Origin: Malacoraja senta | Lineage: Eukaryota | Reading direction: 5' to 3' | Length of the DNA stretch: 64,000 nt | Assembly: GCA_038087875.1 (NCBI GenBank) | Contig: JAXLNO010000573.1 | Location: 248,001-312,000 of the forward strand | Part shown: positions 37,222 through 50,434 of the stretch, piece after piece | Layout of the letters: each line of letters begins with the position of its first letter | Numbering within the stretch: position 1 is the first letter of the stretch | Notes under the pieces: generated by a model | Database searches by the model: none | What the model was told of the DNA's origin: nothing | Seen by the model: the letters and a program-made list of their open reading frames with translations, nothing else | Made by a program: the position numbers and the translations under genes

Positions 37222-37540
37222 AAGGTGACGCAGCGGTAGAGTTGCTGCCTTACAGCGCTTAAAGCGTCGGAGACCCAGGTTCGATCCTGACTACGGGCGC
37301 TGTCTGTACGGAGTTTGTACGTTCTCCCCGTGACCTGCTTGGGTTTTCTCCAAGATCTTCGGTTTCCTCCCACACTCCAAAGACGTACAGGTTTGTAGGT
37401 TAATTTGCTTGGTATAAATGTAAAATTGGCCCTCATGTGTGTAGGATAGTGTTAATGTGCAGGGATCACTGGCCGGCACGGACTCGGTGGGCCAAAGGGC
37501 CTGTGACCACGCTGTATCTCTCAACTAAACTAAACTAAAT
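37222..37540 (+). mobile_element. HE1/V-SINE-type SINE
   Basis: A/B-box head, V domain, (CTAAA)n tail. Confidence 0.9.
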
Positions 37541-38262
37541 AATTCACGGAAAAATACATTGGATATCAATGTGAGGATTCACAAGAAGAACCTCAACTAA
37601 ATTTTAAAATCAAGTTGCAATTGAACACTTCCATAAAATAATTTAATACAAGCAGGTTAAACATTTATATGGCAGTATTGTTGAGAGTTATTTCCGAGGT
37701 ATTCACACTCTCAGATCTAAAAGTGGAAAGGATGTACAAAGATAAGAATTAATATAATAGCAGAGAAGAGAGGTGGATGGACTATAATGTCAGTGCTGAT
37801 AGTACTGTGTAGAGAGATGACAACGTTTATATATTTTATTAATCCCTGAACAGTTTATTAAACCATATAAAATACATTTATGTTTTTGTGGTATTATACA
37901 TGAATAGGAAAATGAAATATAAAAATAAATCTTTTGTTAAAAAGGAACATTTTTACAAAAGCATGCCACATTTGAATTAAACAGGTAGAAAATTGTAGTT
38001 TATGAGATATCTATACAAAATTATTTTAATTTAAAGTAGCTTATTCTGAAATACTGTATATTGAAAATGTTATGAAAGCAAGCAAATTATTTGTACATTA
38101 CTGAAATGTACCTTGTGTAGCAGATGGTTAGAAGGACTGAAGCCATTTTTGATAAACACAAAAACAAAATCCTGAATAACTGCTGCCATGGTAAATGTGG
38201 AAGACAGAGAATATATGTTAGGTTTCTCAAGACAAATTGTATAGAGAACTCAATGAATGTTT

Positions 38263-38812
38263 GGACACAAAATGCTAGAGTAACTCAGCGGGACAGGCAG
38301 CATCTCTGGAGAGAAGGAATGGGTGACGTTTTTAGGGAAATCAATATTCATACCACTGGGTTGTATGCTGCCCAAGCGAAATATGAGATGCCATACCACT
38401 GGGTTAAAAGCTGCCCAAGAGAAATGTGAGCCCAGTGGTATGGCATTTCATATTTTGCTTGGGCAGCTTACAACCCAGTTGTATGAATATTGATTTTTCT
38501 AACTTCAAGTAACCCCTGCATTCCCTCTCACTCCATCCCCCCCACCCAAGTTGCACCAGCTTCTCGTTCTCACCTAGCAAACAGCTAACAATGGCCTGTT
38601 TCATTTATCATCGTTACCTTTTTGCATATCTTTCATTCATTTGTTTTACATCTCTCTACATCACCATCTATATCTCTCATTTCCCTTTCCCCTGACTCTC
38701 AGTCTGAAGAAGGGTCTCGACCCAAAATGTCACCCATTCCTTCTCTCCAGTGATGCTGCTGAGTTACTCCAGCATTTTATGTCTATCATCGGTTTAAAGT
38801 TCCTTCCTACAC
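38263..38812. mobile_element. Penelope-like element terminal (pLTR) fold-back fragment
   Basis: Inverted arms; end of GIY-YIG ORF (HFIFCLGSLQP..MNIDFSNFK); CTGAAGAAGGGTCTCGACCC motif. Confidence 0.7.
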
Positions 38813-38930
38813 ACTCAATGTGTGTATATATTTGTTCAGGTGGAAGGAAACAGACAGACGTGCCTTGTTTTTTTCTGTAAATTAATTTAATTTTCAGATG
38901 GCAACATATTATCATGAGAAAACACAATCC

Positions 38931-39045
38931 AATTTTTTTTTTTATTGTTTTTTATTTAAATTTTTATTAGAGGTATCTGCATATCATAGTCCAAACCAAT
39001 ACAAACTTTGTTTAACGATTACATATTAAGTATCCAGGGTTCCGG
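38931..39045 (-). mobile_element. Short L1-type 3' tail
   Basis: Reverse complement of ~12995-13100. Confidence 0.75.
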
Positions 39046-40019
39046 GAAACTACCAATTAGTTTTTAGGACAATCACAACCATACATTTTTTCACAATGAC
39101 AAATTTAGTTGCAACATAAGCTGAGGTCAAACAGGAAGGGGTAGTGCTGCATTCATTGAGTACATGAAGAAGATTGTGCAGTCTCCAGGAAAACAATATA
39201 TTGAACTGTGTGGAATAATACCATATTTAAGTTATTGACTCTTGAAATGGATGGGTGATCCACCAGAAAACGAGTTGGGCAAAGCTATAACATTCATAGC
39301 TGAAAGACTTTCAGTCACATAGGTAAATAAACTTAGAGTTAGAAGGTAAGTATTATCTCCAAATCAGCAGAGCGTTGGGTAGTTTGACCAATAGTGCAAA
39401 GCAGTCAATGAAAAGAAGCAGCTTTCTGCACATCTCTCTTGATTTTCATTTACATTCAAGTCAATAGATATATATCGCTGACATTCCCTTCTGATAAAGA
39501 ATCCCCAAAGAAGTGATCCATCTGCAATTCAGGATAATGTATAAAACTAACTCCAAGTATAGAAGATTTCTTTACTTGGTGTGTGCTTTGTCATGGTGAT
39601 ATGAAGTTGAAAGATGAAGTTTACGCTAGTGTAGAGTAGGCAGCATTAGGTTCTCAGACTACAACTACTTACTTTCACTGGCGAGTCTGTGATTCGAGGC
39701 ACATCTTTATGGCTGGTGTGATGGCAACCATTGAATCCTGGAATCGCTCGCTCAGAACGTTCCAACCTGCTCCTCTCCATGCTGCCAGAGAAGCAGCTGT
39801 GGTTCCATCAAGAAGGCCGGAATAGTCCTCATCTCTTCCAAATAGTCTGGTATATGTCTTGTTGAGGCTGCCATAGTTGCAAAGATTGCCCTTGCAAGTT
39901 AATTTACATTTACAATATTTACAATATCCACTCCCCAATTCTTTGATCATTACTCCCAGTTGCTTGCCCTGTCATTAATTTATATTAGATCACTTCTCAT
40001 AATAATACTTTCTTAGCTA

Positions 40020-40610
40020 AGTATGTTTTACAACATACGAGGAATTTGATTTGCCATACAGTCATACCAATAAAAAGCAACAGAATACACAAAATACATT
40101 TTAACATAAAGATCCACGACAGTGATTCCTCCACATTCCTCACTGTGATGGAAGGGGAAAGAAAGTTCAATCTTTCCCTTCTTTGTCCTCCCGCGGTCGG
40201 GGGCCTCTAACCTTCCGTTGACAGGGTGATCTTACTCCCGTAGTTGGCGGCGGGCCTCCTCATCGGGGCGATTTAGCTCCTGCATCATGGGGGAATCTCA
40301 GCTCTAGCAATCTACCCCGGGTCGGGGCTAGTCGAACGTCGTGTGGCTTTTGGAGCTTCCCGACGTCGGTCTCAACCCGAGACTGCGAGCTCCTAGATGT
40401 TAAAGTCCGCAGGCCGCAGTTGGAGCGTTGATCCCAGGCAAGGGATCGCCTCCGATGGTAAGTCCACGCCCCACGGTGGGGCTCTAAGTCAGTTCCGAGC
40501 AAGGCCGCCAGCTCCATGATGTTAGGCTGCAGAGCGACCGGAGATCCAATCCGGAAAACAATCGCATCTCCGGCAAGGTAAGAGATTGAAAAAAAGTTTC
40601 CCCGATCCCC
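40020..40610 (-). mobile_element. GC-rich non-coding retroposon related to 13574-14444
   Basis: Shares CCTTCCATCACAG..AGG..TGTGGA region and tail architecture. Confidence 0.55.
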
Positions 40611-41067
40611 CATTCTTAAAATGGTTCTCTACGCTCAAGGTGCAATATAAATGCAAGTTGTTGTTGATAATGATTTGTTTTAACTTCTTGGTTTGAATTT
40701 TTATTTTTATGGATGGAATTCTATTTCAGTTATAAAAGGAAGTTGTACAAGATGTTAAGATTGTTCCAAAACATTATGGACTTTATGAAACCAATTTTGC
40801 AGAACCATGCAAAAATATATTATTGGAATAATCATTTGAAATTTGCCTCAATAATGCAAGAATCTCTTCAGTGTTATCTAGCTTTGGAGAGTGATAAAAT
40901 AATTTTAGAAAGAACAAAGTACATTTTGAAACCACCACACATCAAAAGTGATTAGATATTACTGTAAGTATCTGGAGTAGGATTAACAATTAGGGGGTTA
41001 CTTGGTAGAAATTTAAATATTAAAAAAAACTGCATTAAATGGTAAACGACAAGCTAATATTTTTATA

Positions 41068-41909
41068 CTAGACTAAGTGGGACCTGTGGGTCCCAGTCAC
41101 ATGGGAGGAATGGTCCCCCAACGCAGCCCATTCCACAATGCAATATTTCACCATGGTGTGTGGGAAGGGTGGTGTGGGGGATGGGGTGTGGTGTGGGGGA
41201 GGGGGGTGTGGGGGAAGGAGGGAGGAACAGGGAAGGGTAAAGGGGAGGTGTGGGTGTATTGGGGGAGGGTGTGTGTGTGGGGATGATGGGGTGGTGGGAG
41301 GGGGGAAGGGGGAGGGGGAGAGGGAAGGGGGTGTGTGTGGGGGTGTGGGGGAGAGTGGGGTGTGTGGGGGGAGAGTGGGGTGTGTTGGGGAGGGACTCCA
41401 CTCAGCGGCCACCGGCCACAGCACCACACAGCTCCTGCTGGCTCCACTCAGCGGCTTGCCCGACTCCACTCATCGGCTTGCCCGACTCCACACAGCAGCT
41501 TTCCCCAACTCCACACAACGGCTTCCCCCGACTCCACACAGCGGCTTCCCCCGACTCCACACAGCAGCTACCCCCGACTCCACACAGCGCCTTCCCCCAA
41601 CTCCACACGGCTTGTGGACTCAGCCCCGCCTCCGGGGTATTATTCTCCTCGCCCGGGAGGGGCGTTACCTTCATGGTGACTGACAGGCAAGAAGACCATT
41701 CTGCTGATCTCACGATTTTTTAAACCTTCATAACGTTTGTAATATTCCACCGATCGGAACAAAACATGGTGCGCTTGGAGCAGAGGAGAACGGTGAGTAA
41801 GGTGGCGAAACAATCCTAGCAATATAGTGTACGGTTTTGCACAATATTTTTTTTAAAAAAGCAAACTGGAAGTGGTCAAGATGAGAGTTTTAATAATAGT
41901 ATAGATAGA
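41068..41909 (-). mobile_element. Non-autonomous Helitron with G-rich tract and internal minisatellite
   Basis: Minus strand A|TC start, subterminal hairpin TGGGACC-4nt-GGTCCCA (41078-41095), CTAG|T end, no TSD. Confidence 0.8.
41394..41625. repeat. ~22-23 bp minisatellite (GACTCCACACAGCGGCTTCCCCC)n
   Basis: About eight imperfect tandem copies visible. Confidence 0.85.
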
Positions 41910-42535
41910 TGTCCTTCCTTTAAAAGGTGCCAGAAAAAATAACACTAGTTGGCTGAAACATATATTCATATCGTGTCTGCTTCTCACTGCACATGGTTAT
42001 CACAACATTTTGTGTGACATGTAAACCTGTGGACAAATAGCAATTGAATCATATTGCAATTCAGATTTATAGTGACTTAGGAGAATTAAGACATATAAAT
42101 TATCTAAGGTGAAGAGGTTAATGGTTGATGTATGTCCCCTGCATTGAAAGTGACAATCCAGCCGACTATGTTTCAGTGTCACAACAGAATAGCACTCATT
42201 TGGGAATTCAGTATAACTAGCACTCAGTCTGTAGCAGTATACACTGAATAAAAGCTTGCTGGCATAGTAATTTCTTTATTGATCTCCCAATTAGCATTCC
42301 TAATATACGTGTGTTTGTGTTTGTCAGTAATCCCAGATACTTCTTCCATGTAAAAGGATTGAAATCAAAGCAGTGTATGAGTTTAACTTTTTGAACATGA
42401 AATGATTTCACTAGATTAGAAATACAGATACACTCCTTTATCAAAACTGGCCAGTCCTGATGAGGTCAGCAACCTGAAACTTTAACTATTTTTCTGCTCT
42501 CCATTTCTAGCATTTTCATCAAATGCTTTACCTTA

Positions 42536-42738
42536 AGGGTCTGTCCCACTTGGGCGTTATTTGCGCATCATTTACGCGACATCATTTACGCGTCACACGC
42601 ATGATTGGCGCGTGGTGAGACGTGGTGGCAGAGGCAGCGACGCGCGGTCGTGTGCGGCGCCCCAGCATTTTGGGATTCACAAAATCTTCGCCTGCCACCT
42701 GGGTGACGCGCAAATGACGCCCAAATGGGACAGGCCCT
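42536..42738. mobile_element. Harbinger/PIF-like MITE
   Basis: TIR AGGGTCTGTCCCA / TGGGACAGGCCCT with TTA TSD on both sides. Confidence 0.85.
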
Positions 42739-42924
42739 TTACAGTTTCAGCAGGTAATTTTCCTTTTCATTTTCTTACCTTCTTCTATTTATATGTCTTG
42801 TAAGCCTTCATCACTTGGTCTCAGCCAGCACCACTACCACTTGTGTCAAAGAATCTCTCCTGGTCACTACCTTAGACATTCCTTTTGTTCTCTCCACTTC
42901 TTCCCCACTGCTCAACTTAAAACA

Positions 42925-43400
42925 TTAGAGCCATACAACATGGAAATGGGCCCTTCGGCCCAACTTGTCCAGACCGACGAAAATGTGTCATCTAAGCGAG
43001 TCACATTTGCCTGTGTTTGGCCGATATCCCCCAAAATGTTTCCTGTCCATGTATCTGTCCAAATGTCTTTTAAATGACGTTATTGTACCTGCCCCATTTC
43101 TTATGTGGCAGCTTATTTTATATTTGTATCACCCTCTGTGTGAAGCAGTTGCCCTTTAGGCTCCTCTGAAATAAATTCCCTCACAACTTTAACCTATACT
43201 CTCTAGTTCTTGATTCCCCTATCCTGGCAAAAAAGACTGTGTATTCACCCAATCTATACCCCTCAAGATTTTATACACCCCCATTACATTGCACCTAAGC
43301 CTCCTGGCGCTACAAGGAATGAGGTTCTAGCCTGCCCAACCTCCATCTATAAGTTAGGCCCTCAAGTCTTGATAACATCCTCGTAAATCTTTGCTGCACC
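42925..43400 (-). mobile_element. CR1 (HER1-like) 3' fragment, followed by a partial SINE (~43410-43572, +)
   Basis: Similar to 53540-54080. Confidence 0.7.
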
Positions 43401-43789
43401 CTTCTCTCCATGACTGTTTGGGTTTCTTCTTGCAGTTTTACAGGTTAATTGGCTTCTGTAAAGTGTTCCTAGTGTATAGGATAAAACTAGTGTACAGATG
43501 ATCGCTGGTCGGCACGGACTTGGTCGACCAATGAGCCTGTTTCCATGCTGTATCTCTAAAACTAAAACTAAAATTCTGGAAATGGAAGACATGCTTTGCC
43601 TTACGAGTTGGTTATGTCTGCCTGCTCTGCAATTTGCAACTCCTTGTTCTTTTGTCTATTTTTTTTCTAACTTCTTCCATTCCCCGTTTGACCAGATATC
43701 CTTGGTTAGAGTTTTCCCCACGGTCACCCCAGTTTACTCTATCAGAGAAATTCCCCCTTCTCTTCTCTGCAGTTCAACAAACTTAGAGA

Positions 43790-44455
43790 ATCATAGAGTG
43801 ATACAGCACAGAAAACAGGCCCTTCAGCCAACTCATTCACGCCAACTAAAATGCCCCATCTAAGCTAGTCCCATTTACCTGCATTTGGCCCATATGCCTC
43901 TAAACCTTTCCTATCCATGAACCCGTCCAAGTGACTTTTACATGCAGTGATGGTAGCTGCCTCAACTACTTCATCTGGCAGTTTGTTCCATAACCCAACA
44001 CCCTCTGAGTGAAAAAGTTGCCCCTCAGGTTCCTTATTCCCCCTCAGCTTAAACTTATGTCCACTGGTTTTTGATTTGCCTCCCCTGGCTAAATGTCTCT
44101 GTGCATTCACCATATCGACCATATAGACCAATGTTTCAAAAGCCTTTTTTACCACCTGTGAAGCTACTTTCTTATCTTTTTTTATATACCTGCTATGTAC
44201 TTATATTCCGAGATCCTTCTGATCTATAACAATCCTCATGGCCCTACCATTCACTTATAAATCCTGCCCAGGTTTGACTTTCCAAAATGCAACACCTCGC
44301 ATCTATCTGTATTAAACTCTATTTGCCATTCCTAGTCCACTTGCCCAGCTGTTAAAGATCCAGCTGTAATTTTTGATAACCATCTTTACTGTCTATGATA
44401 CCACCTACTTTGGTGTCATCTGCTACCTACATGCCTTGTAGATTCTCATCCAAAG
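43790..44455 (-). mobile_element. CR1 (HER1-like) 3' fragment
   Basis: VGLWNKLPDEVVEAATITA..HLDGFM..YGPNAGKWD. Confidence 0.8.
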
Positions 44456-45834
44456 CTTCTTTTGTCTTCCCACAGATGTGGCATGACTTGGTCAAGACTT
44501 TCTATTATTGATATTATTACTGATTTGGTCATTCTGGACAGACTGAGAAGATGGAAAGAGTTTTGCTATCACATGCCAATATACTTTACTCACCTTCCTT
44601 AAAATATCAAAAGTTAAGAGTCTTAATGTACCAACCTTCTTTTGACAGGCATATCACAAGAGAGATTTTAGTCATTATAGAAAATGTTTCTGGACCTTTG
44701 CCCAAAAGAGTGTCTGGATTGCTGGTCGGCACGGACTTGGTGGAACCATGAGCCTGTTTCTGGAATTGGATCTGAGTCTGGAATTGGATAATTGGGAGGA
44801 GAACCTGCGCATTAAAACGTTATTCCCTTTATCATGTATCTGAAAACTGTAGATGGCCCGATTGTTTATCATGTCGCTGACTGATTAGCACGCAACAAAA
44901 AGCTTGTCACTGAACCTTGGTTCAGATCTTGGTACACTGTGAAAGACACTTACGGTGTACCAGGGAGCTGCATGCGTGGGGGGAGTGTCCCGGGGTGCCG
45001 CGCGGGCCCGATACAACCGCCGAACAACCGCGCCGACGACGACCAGAATGACGACCGAAGACCGGAACGTGCCCCGGTAGGCCTGACTCACCCCACAGGT
45101 TTCCCTGGGAACTGCAGCGAAGCCAGGCGGCGAGGCCTGTCTGGGCCGAAGGAGCCTCAGAGGTAAAGGGAGCCTCGGCGGCGGCAGCGGGAGACTCGGC
45201 GGCAGCGGGGGCCTCAGCGGCAGTGGGGCCTCGTGGTCGATGAGCATGAGGGGGAGGGGAAGACAATGGGGACCCGGCGTGGGGGGACCGCCGTGAGGAG
45301 CGGTGGGAGAACAAAGGGGGACCCAGTGGGTGTGGTGGGGGCACTCTAGTTTTGAATCCTCTGCCCAGCGAATAAGTCAGTGTTTGTTTGTTTGTTGTTC
45401 ATTTATTCCGGTGAAGGTCTCGACCCGAAACGTCACCCATTCCTTCTCTCCAGAGATGCTGCCTGTCCCGCTGAGTTACTCTAGTATTTTGTGTCCATCT
45501 GACATTTATTTAATCTAGTTACAGGAAATAGTTAAATTCCGACGATGGGATAATTTTTAAAAAAAACAATAAGAAATCAGAGGCAATTACACAATACAAA
45601 AAGCATTTTAATAGCCAAATTGTTTGGCAGAGGAGATTTTATCTGGTTGAGTATTGGGAATAAGGCTGATAAAATGAAAAAGGTCAAGTTGAACAAGCTC
45701 TGACAACTCAGGTGTTCAGGAGAAGTAAAAATGTCAACACCCAAGGGCAAGCAAGCTCCACCAGTATTCTGTGCTGTAAGGAGAACGTGAGAACGCATCA
45801 ACGTTCTCCATACAAATGAAAACTATATCTTTAC

Positions 45835-46035
45835 GACACAAAAAGCTGGAGTAACTCAATGGGACAGGCAGCATCTCTGGAGAGAAGGAATGGGTGATGT
45901 TTTGGGATAAGCCCCTTCTTCCAACACAGGAAGAAAGGGTCTTGACCTGAAACGTCACCCATTCTTTCTCTCCAGAGATGCTGCCTGTCCCACTGAGTTA
46001 CTCCAGCTTTTTTTGTCTATCTTCAATTTAAACCA
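45835..46035. repeat. Penelope-derived fold-back (inverted repeat) element
   Basis: GCTGGAGTAACTCA..GCATCTCTGGAGAGAAGGAATGGGTGA arm and its inverse; similar units at ~35857-35930, 45410-45495, 54585-54790, 61985-62090. Confidence 0.75.
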
Positions 46036-46587
46036 GCATCTACAGTTCCTTCCTATATATTTATGATATTTAACATTCTAATTGAATTGAAATACACTTA
46101 CAGAGCATGCATTTTCAGTGATGAGACTAAAAGCAGATATTGCAATGTTTCTATCGTTAAGCCAGTCTTTATGAGAACGTGTGCATGAATTACTTTGCAT
46201 CCTTATGTATTTTCCTACATACTTTTCCCATGTGCTATTAAACTAATCAAACTTAGACAAGCGTTGTATTTGTAAAAGTACTCCAATATGCAACTAATAA
46301 ATAAGTAGTGCCCAGTAAATGTTCCAGCAATAATAATTTATTGCTTACAAATATTTTACACAACTAAAACTACATTAAAGTGTTGTTTGCCATGTAGAGA
46401 CTATAATAAATTACAAAATTAATATGTTAAGTTCCCCATGTATTTGCCTTGGAAATGAATCTCATATTTGTGTTTTATCTTAAGGTAATAAATAACAAGT
46501 GATGAAATCCGATCTTTGACAGGTTGTGGCTAGATTTACATATCTAAACAAATTATTGTTCAGCTGCTGACACCAATGGATATACTG

Positions 46588-47915
46588 GTAGATAAAACTG
46601 CTGGAGAAACTCAATGGGTGAGGCAGCATCTATGGAGCGAAGGAAATAGGCAACGTTTTAGGTAGAGACCCTTCTTCAGACTGATGTGAGGGTGGTGGGG
46701 GCGGGAAGAAGAAAAGAAGAGGCGGAGACAGTGGACTGAGGCAGAGCTGGGAAGGGGAGGAGAAAGCAGGGACTACCTGAAATTAGGGAAATCAATGTTC
46801 ATACCGCTGGGGTGTAAACTGCCCAAGTGAAATATGAGGTGCTGCTCCTCCAATTTAGGGTGGGCCTCACTCTGGCCATGGAGGAGGCCCAGGACAGAAT
46901 GGGAGGGGGGGTTAACGTGCTGAGCCACCAGGAGATCAGGTTGGTTATTGTGAACCGAGCGGAGGTGTTGGTCGAAGCGATCGCCAAGCCTACGCTCGGT
47001 CTCACCGATGTAGAGCAGCTGACACCGAGAGAAGCGGATGCAGTAGATGAGGTTGGAGGAGGTGCAGGTGAACCTCTGCCGCACCTGGAAAGACTGCTTG
47101 GGTCCTTCAATGGAGTCAAGGGGGGAGGTAAGCGACAAGTGTAACATTTCCTGTGGTTGCAAGGGGAAGTGCCAGGAGAGGGGGTGGTTTTCGGTGGGAA
47201 GGGACGAATTGACCAGGGAGTTACGGAACGAGCGGTCTCTGCGGAAAGCAGACAGGGGAGGAGATGTGGCCAGTGGTTGGATCCCGTTGGAGGTGGCGAA
47301 AATGTCAAAGAATTATTTGTTGTATGTGACAGCTGGTAGGGTGAAAGGTGAGGACAAGGGAGACTCTGCCCTTGTTACGAGTGGGGGGGTGGGGGGATGG
47401 GGAGTGAGAGCAGAGTTATGGGGCATTGAAGAGACCCTAGTGAGACCCTAGTAGAAAAGGTGAACCCCCGTTCCCTGAAGAATGAGGACATTTCCGATGC
47501 CCTGGTGTGGAAATCCTCATCCTGGGTGCAAATGCATCATAGACGGAGGAATTGGGGGTAAGGGATGGAGTCCTTACAGGAACCAGGGTGGGAAGAAGTG
47601 TAGTCCAGATAGCCATGGGAGTCAGTGGGTTTATAGTAGATATACTATATACACCCCAGCGGTATGAACATTGACTTCTCTAATTTCAGGTAGTCCCTGC
47701 TTTCTCCTCCCCTTCCCAGCTCTCCCTCAGGCTATTGTCTCCGCCTCTTCCTTTCTTCTTCCCGCACCCCCCCCCCACCCTCACATCAGTCTGAAGGGTC
47801 TCGACCCGAAACAATGCCTATTTCCTTCGCTCCATAGATGCTGCCTCACCCGCTGAGTTTCTCCAACATTTTTATCTACCTTCGATTTTCTAGCATCTGC
47901 AGTTCCTTCTTAAAC
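46588..47915 (-). mobile_element. Penelope-like element, 5'-truncated, GIY-YIG endonuclease region with inverted terminal copy
   Basis: RQRFTCTSSNLIYCIR...LYIGETERRLGDRF..H (46773-47162); 47650-47880 is an inverted copy of 46588-46816. Confidence 0.9.
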
Positions 47916-48244
47916 AACCAATGAAAACACTTAGTTGTTAGCAATGCAAAAAAGGACCCAATTTCTTGGTGAAGCCAGCAGCTTCTAACCTAAGGCAACA
48001 GGTAGGTCCCACAGAAGATTTACCATGACCCCCAAGGGACAGCCCACGCTATCTGATGTGTTACATTTGCTATGCAAGAGCATTAGAGATCAGATGGGTT
48101 AAATAAGCTCTGCAAGAGCATTAGAGGGCATAGGATGGGTAAAGATTACATATCCAAGGATACTAATTATATATCCAGGGAAGCTAAAGAAGAAATTGTA
48201 GGAGTTCAGGCTGAGATTTATGGATCACCATTAGACATGGGTGA

Positions 48245-48440
48245 GCTGATGGAGCATGGCAAATAATGTGCCTCTCTTTACTAAGGGCTGCAAAGAAAAA
48301 CCTGGGAATTCTATACCAATAAATGTAACATCTGTCATTGGAAAGATACTGGAGCAGGTTCTGAGGTACAAGATGTACATGCATTTGGATAGACAGGGGC
48401 CAATCAGGGATTGTCAGCAGGTTTTGGTGCATTGGAGAAG
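48245..48440 (+). mobile_element. CR1 RT fragment
   Basis: ANNVPLFTKGCKEKPGN..TSVIGKILE. Confidence 0.7.
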
Positions 48441-48652
48441 GAATAACAGAGTATAATAAGAAACAGCAGAGATATAGTTGCTGTGAATGCCTACCAGTGG
48501 CAGGAATTTATGATTGGTATTCCAAATGGTGGTTCTCATGACACCTCGCATAAGGTCACAAGGGATGGATCTCCTCTTTCCTCATGCAAGGTCTCAAATT
48601 CACTTATGTCAGGGACTAAATGAATGCGCAGCAGGGGACAGTATTCTCCTTA

Positions 48653-48928
48653 AGGGCCTGTCCCACTTGCCGATTTTTTCGGCGACTGCCGGCATCATAT
48701 CAGTGTCGCCAAAAGATTTTGAACATTTCAAAATACAGCGGCGACAAAAAAAATGTTGCGACACTTGAAAAAACACCGCGCGTCATACGTCATCACGCCG
48801 CATCACGCCGCTTCACCGCCGCATCACGCCGCGTCACACCGCATCGGGCCGCGAATTTTTCGGTGACCTGATTCGTCAGTCAATGATGCCGGCAGTTGCC
48901 GAAAAAATCGCCAAGTGGGGCAGGCCCT
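48653..48928. mobile_element. Harbinger/PIF-like MITE
   Basis: TIR AGGGCCTGTCCCACTTG / CAAGTGGGGCAGGCCCT, TTA TSD. Confidence 0.85.
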
Positions 48929-49674
48929 TTACACTGGAGAAACAAGGAACTGTAGATGCTGGTTTACAAAAAAAAAAGACACAAAGTCCCTAAAACGTCA
49001 CCAGTCAATGTTCTCCAAAGATGCTGCCTGACCTCCAGCACCTGTGTTTCTTTTTGTTCTCCTTACACTGGGGTGGCCTCCTTTCGAATCATCACAGGCT
49101 TTTTCCTAAAGGAGGCACACTGGTCTACGGCCTCATTGGCATGTATACCAACGGAGGCACTGAAGGTATACATATGAAAAGTGCAAACAGGACCTCCAGA
49201 GACAGGTATTCTTTCAAAAGAATTAAATGTTTTTAATGGTCCCATTCCACCAGTACTGAGAGAGAGGGTTACCAAGTAGCAAGGCTGGTGCCTGAAGATC
49301 TACCCCCCCCCAGTGACAAGCAGGCATATGATCCTCCAAAGCATGCAAAGGAAATCTATATGGTCATGGAAATCATGTACAAACTCCATAGATAAGCATG
49401 AGATCAGCATCAAACTTAGGTGCCTTCCCTTCTTTTTCAACATTTCAAAGGAATCACTCCTTTACTAACTTCCTAATTCACTCTCCCTGCATTCTTATGG
49501 TATTTCCCCACACAACAATAGCTGATGCAACACCTATCCTTTCACATCTCCCCCCCCCCCCCCCCACAACTTCCAGGTAGTCTTTCCAGATGAAATACCA
49601 ATTCATGTGCACTTCTTCCAATCTAATGCATTACATACAGTGTTCACAATGGAGATTGGGTGATTGCTTTGTTT

Positions 49675-49940
49675 GGCTTTGTTTCGAGATACTGCGTGGA
49701 AACAGGCTCTCAAGCCCACCGTTCTATCCTACACACTGGGGACAATTTACAGAAACCAATTAACCTACATACAGTGTCTGCACGTCTTTGGAATATGGGA
49801 GGAAACCGGAGCACCCGGAGAAAACCCACGCAGTCACAGGGAGAACGTACGAACTCTGTACAGACAGCACCTGTAGTGAGGATCGATTCCTGGTCTCAGG
49901 CGCTGTAAGGCAGCAGCTCTATCACTGCGCCATCGTGCCA
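49675..49940 (-). mobile_element. HE1/V-SINE-type SINE inserted in an old Penelope fragment (~49420-50150)
   Basis: SINE motifs; flanks resemble degenerate GIY-YIG region. Confidence 0.75.
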
Positions 49941-50434
49941 CCCTTTGTGGAGCACCTGATTTCAGTCTGCAGATAGGTCTCTGAGCGTAGTGTTGGCTAT
50001 GACTTTAATTGCACTTGCCCTCTGATCCGTCTGAGTGTGGCCTCCTGCATTGATACAATAAGATCCAAATCAGGCTTGAGGTAGAATGCCTCATTTTCCA
50101 TCAGAGCACAGTGCAGCCTTCTGGACTGAACATCAAATTCTTTATATTGACAGTTTAGGTATCAAGCTTGTTCTGTCTGAATCAGAATTGGCCTTTTCTT
50201 CCAGTAATCCTCCTGTGATATTGACTCATGTTTTCTCTCTCCATTAGTGCAGCTGATCTGCTGGATATGTGCCGCAGCCCTGCCATTAACAGCACATAAC
50301 AGTAAAGAAACATCATTACAGCCTAATTTCCCCATTAACCCATTTAACCTGGCCCCATTCTCCCACAGATATCCCATTTGGTCTTTCATTCTTCCAGCCA
50401 CCGATACTGCAACAATTTTTTAATCTCTCTTTGG

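Noticed and set aside
41063..41723. Many overlapping Pro/His- or Gly-rich ORFs
   Set aside because: Artefacts of low-complexity G-rich and minisatellite DNA in the Helitron
44885..45360. CpG island with Ala/Pro-rich ORFs as a gene first exon
   Set aside because: Sandwiched between LINE-tail and Penelope fragments with no convincing splice or coding signal; more likely an unclassified repeat, though not excluded
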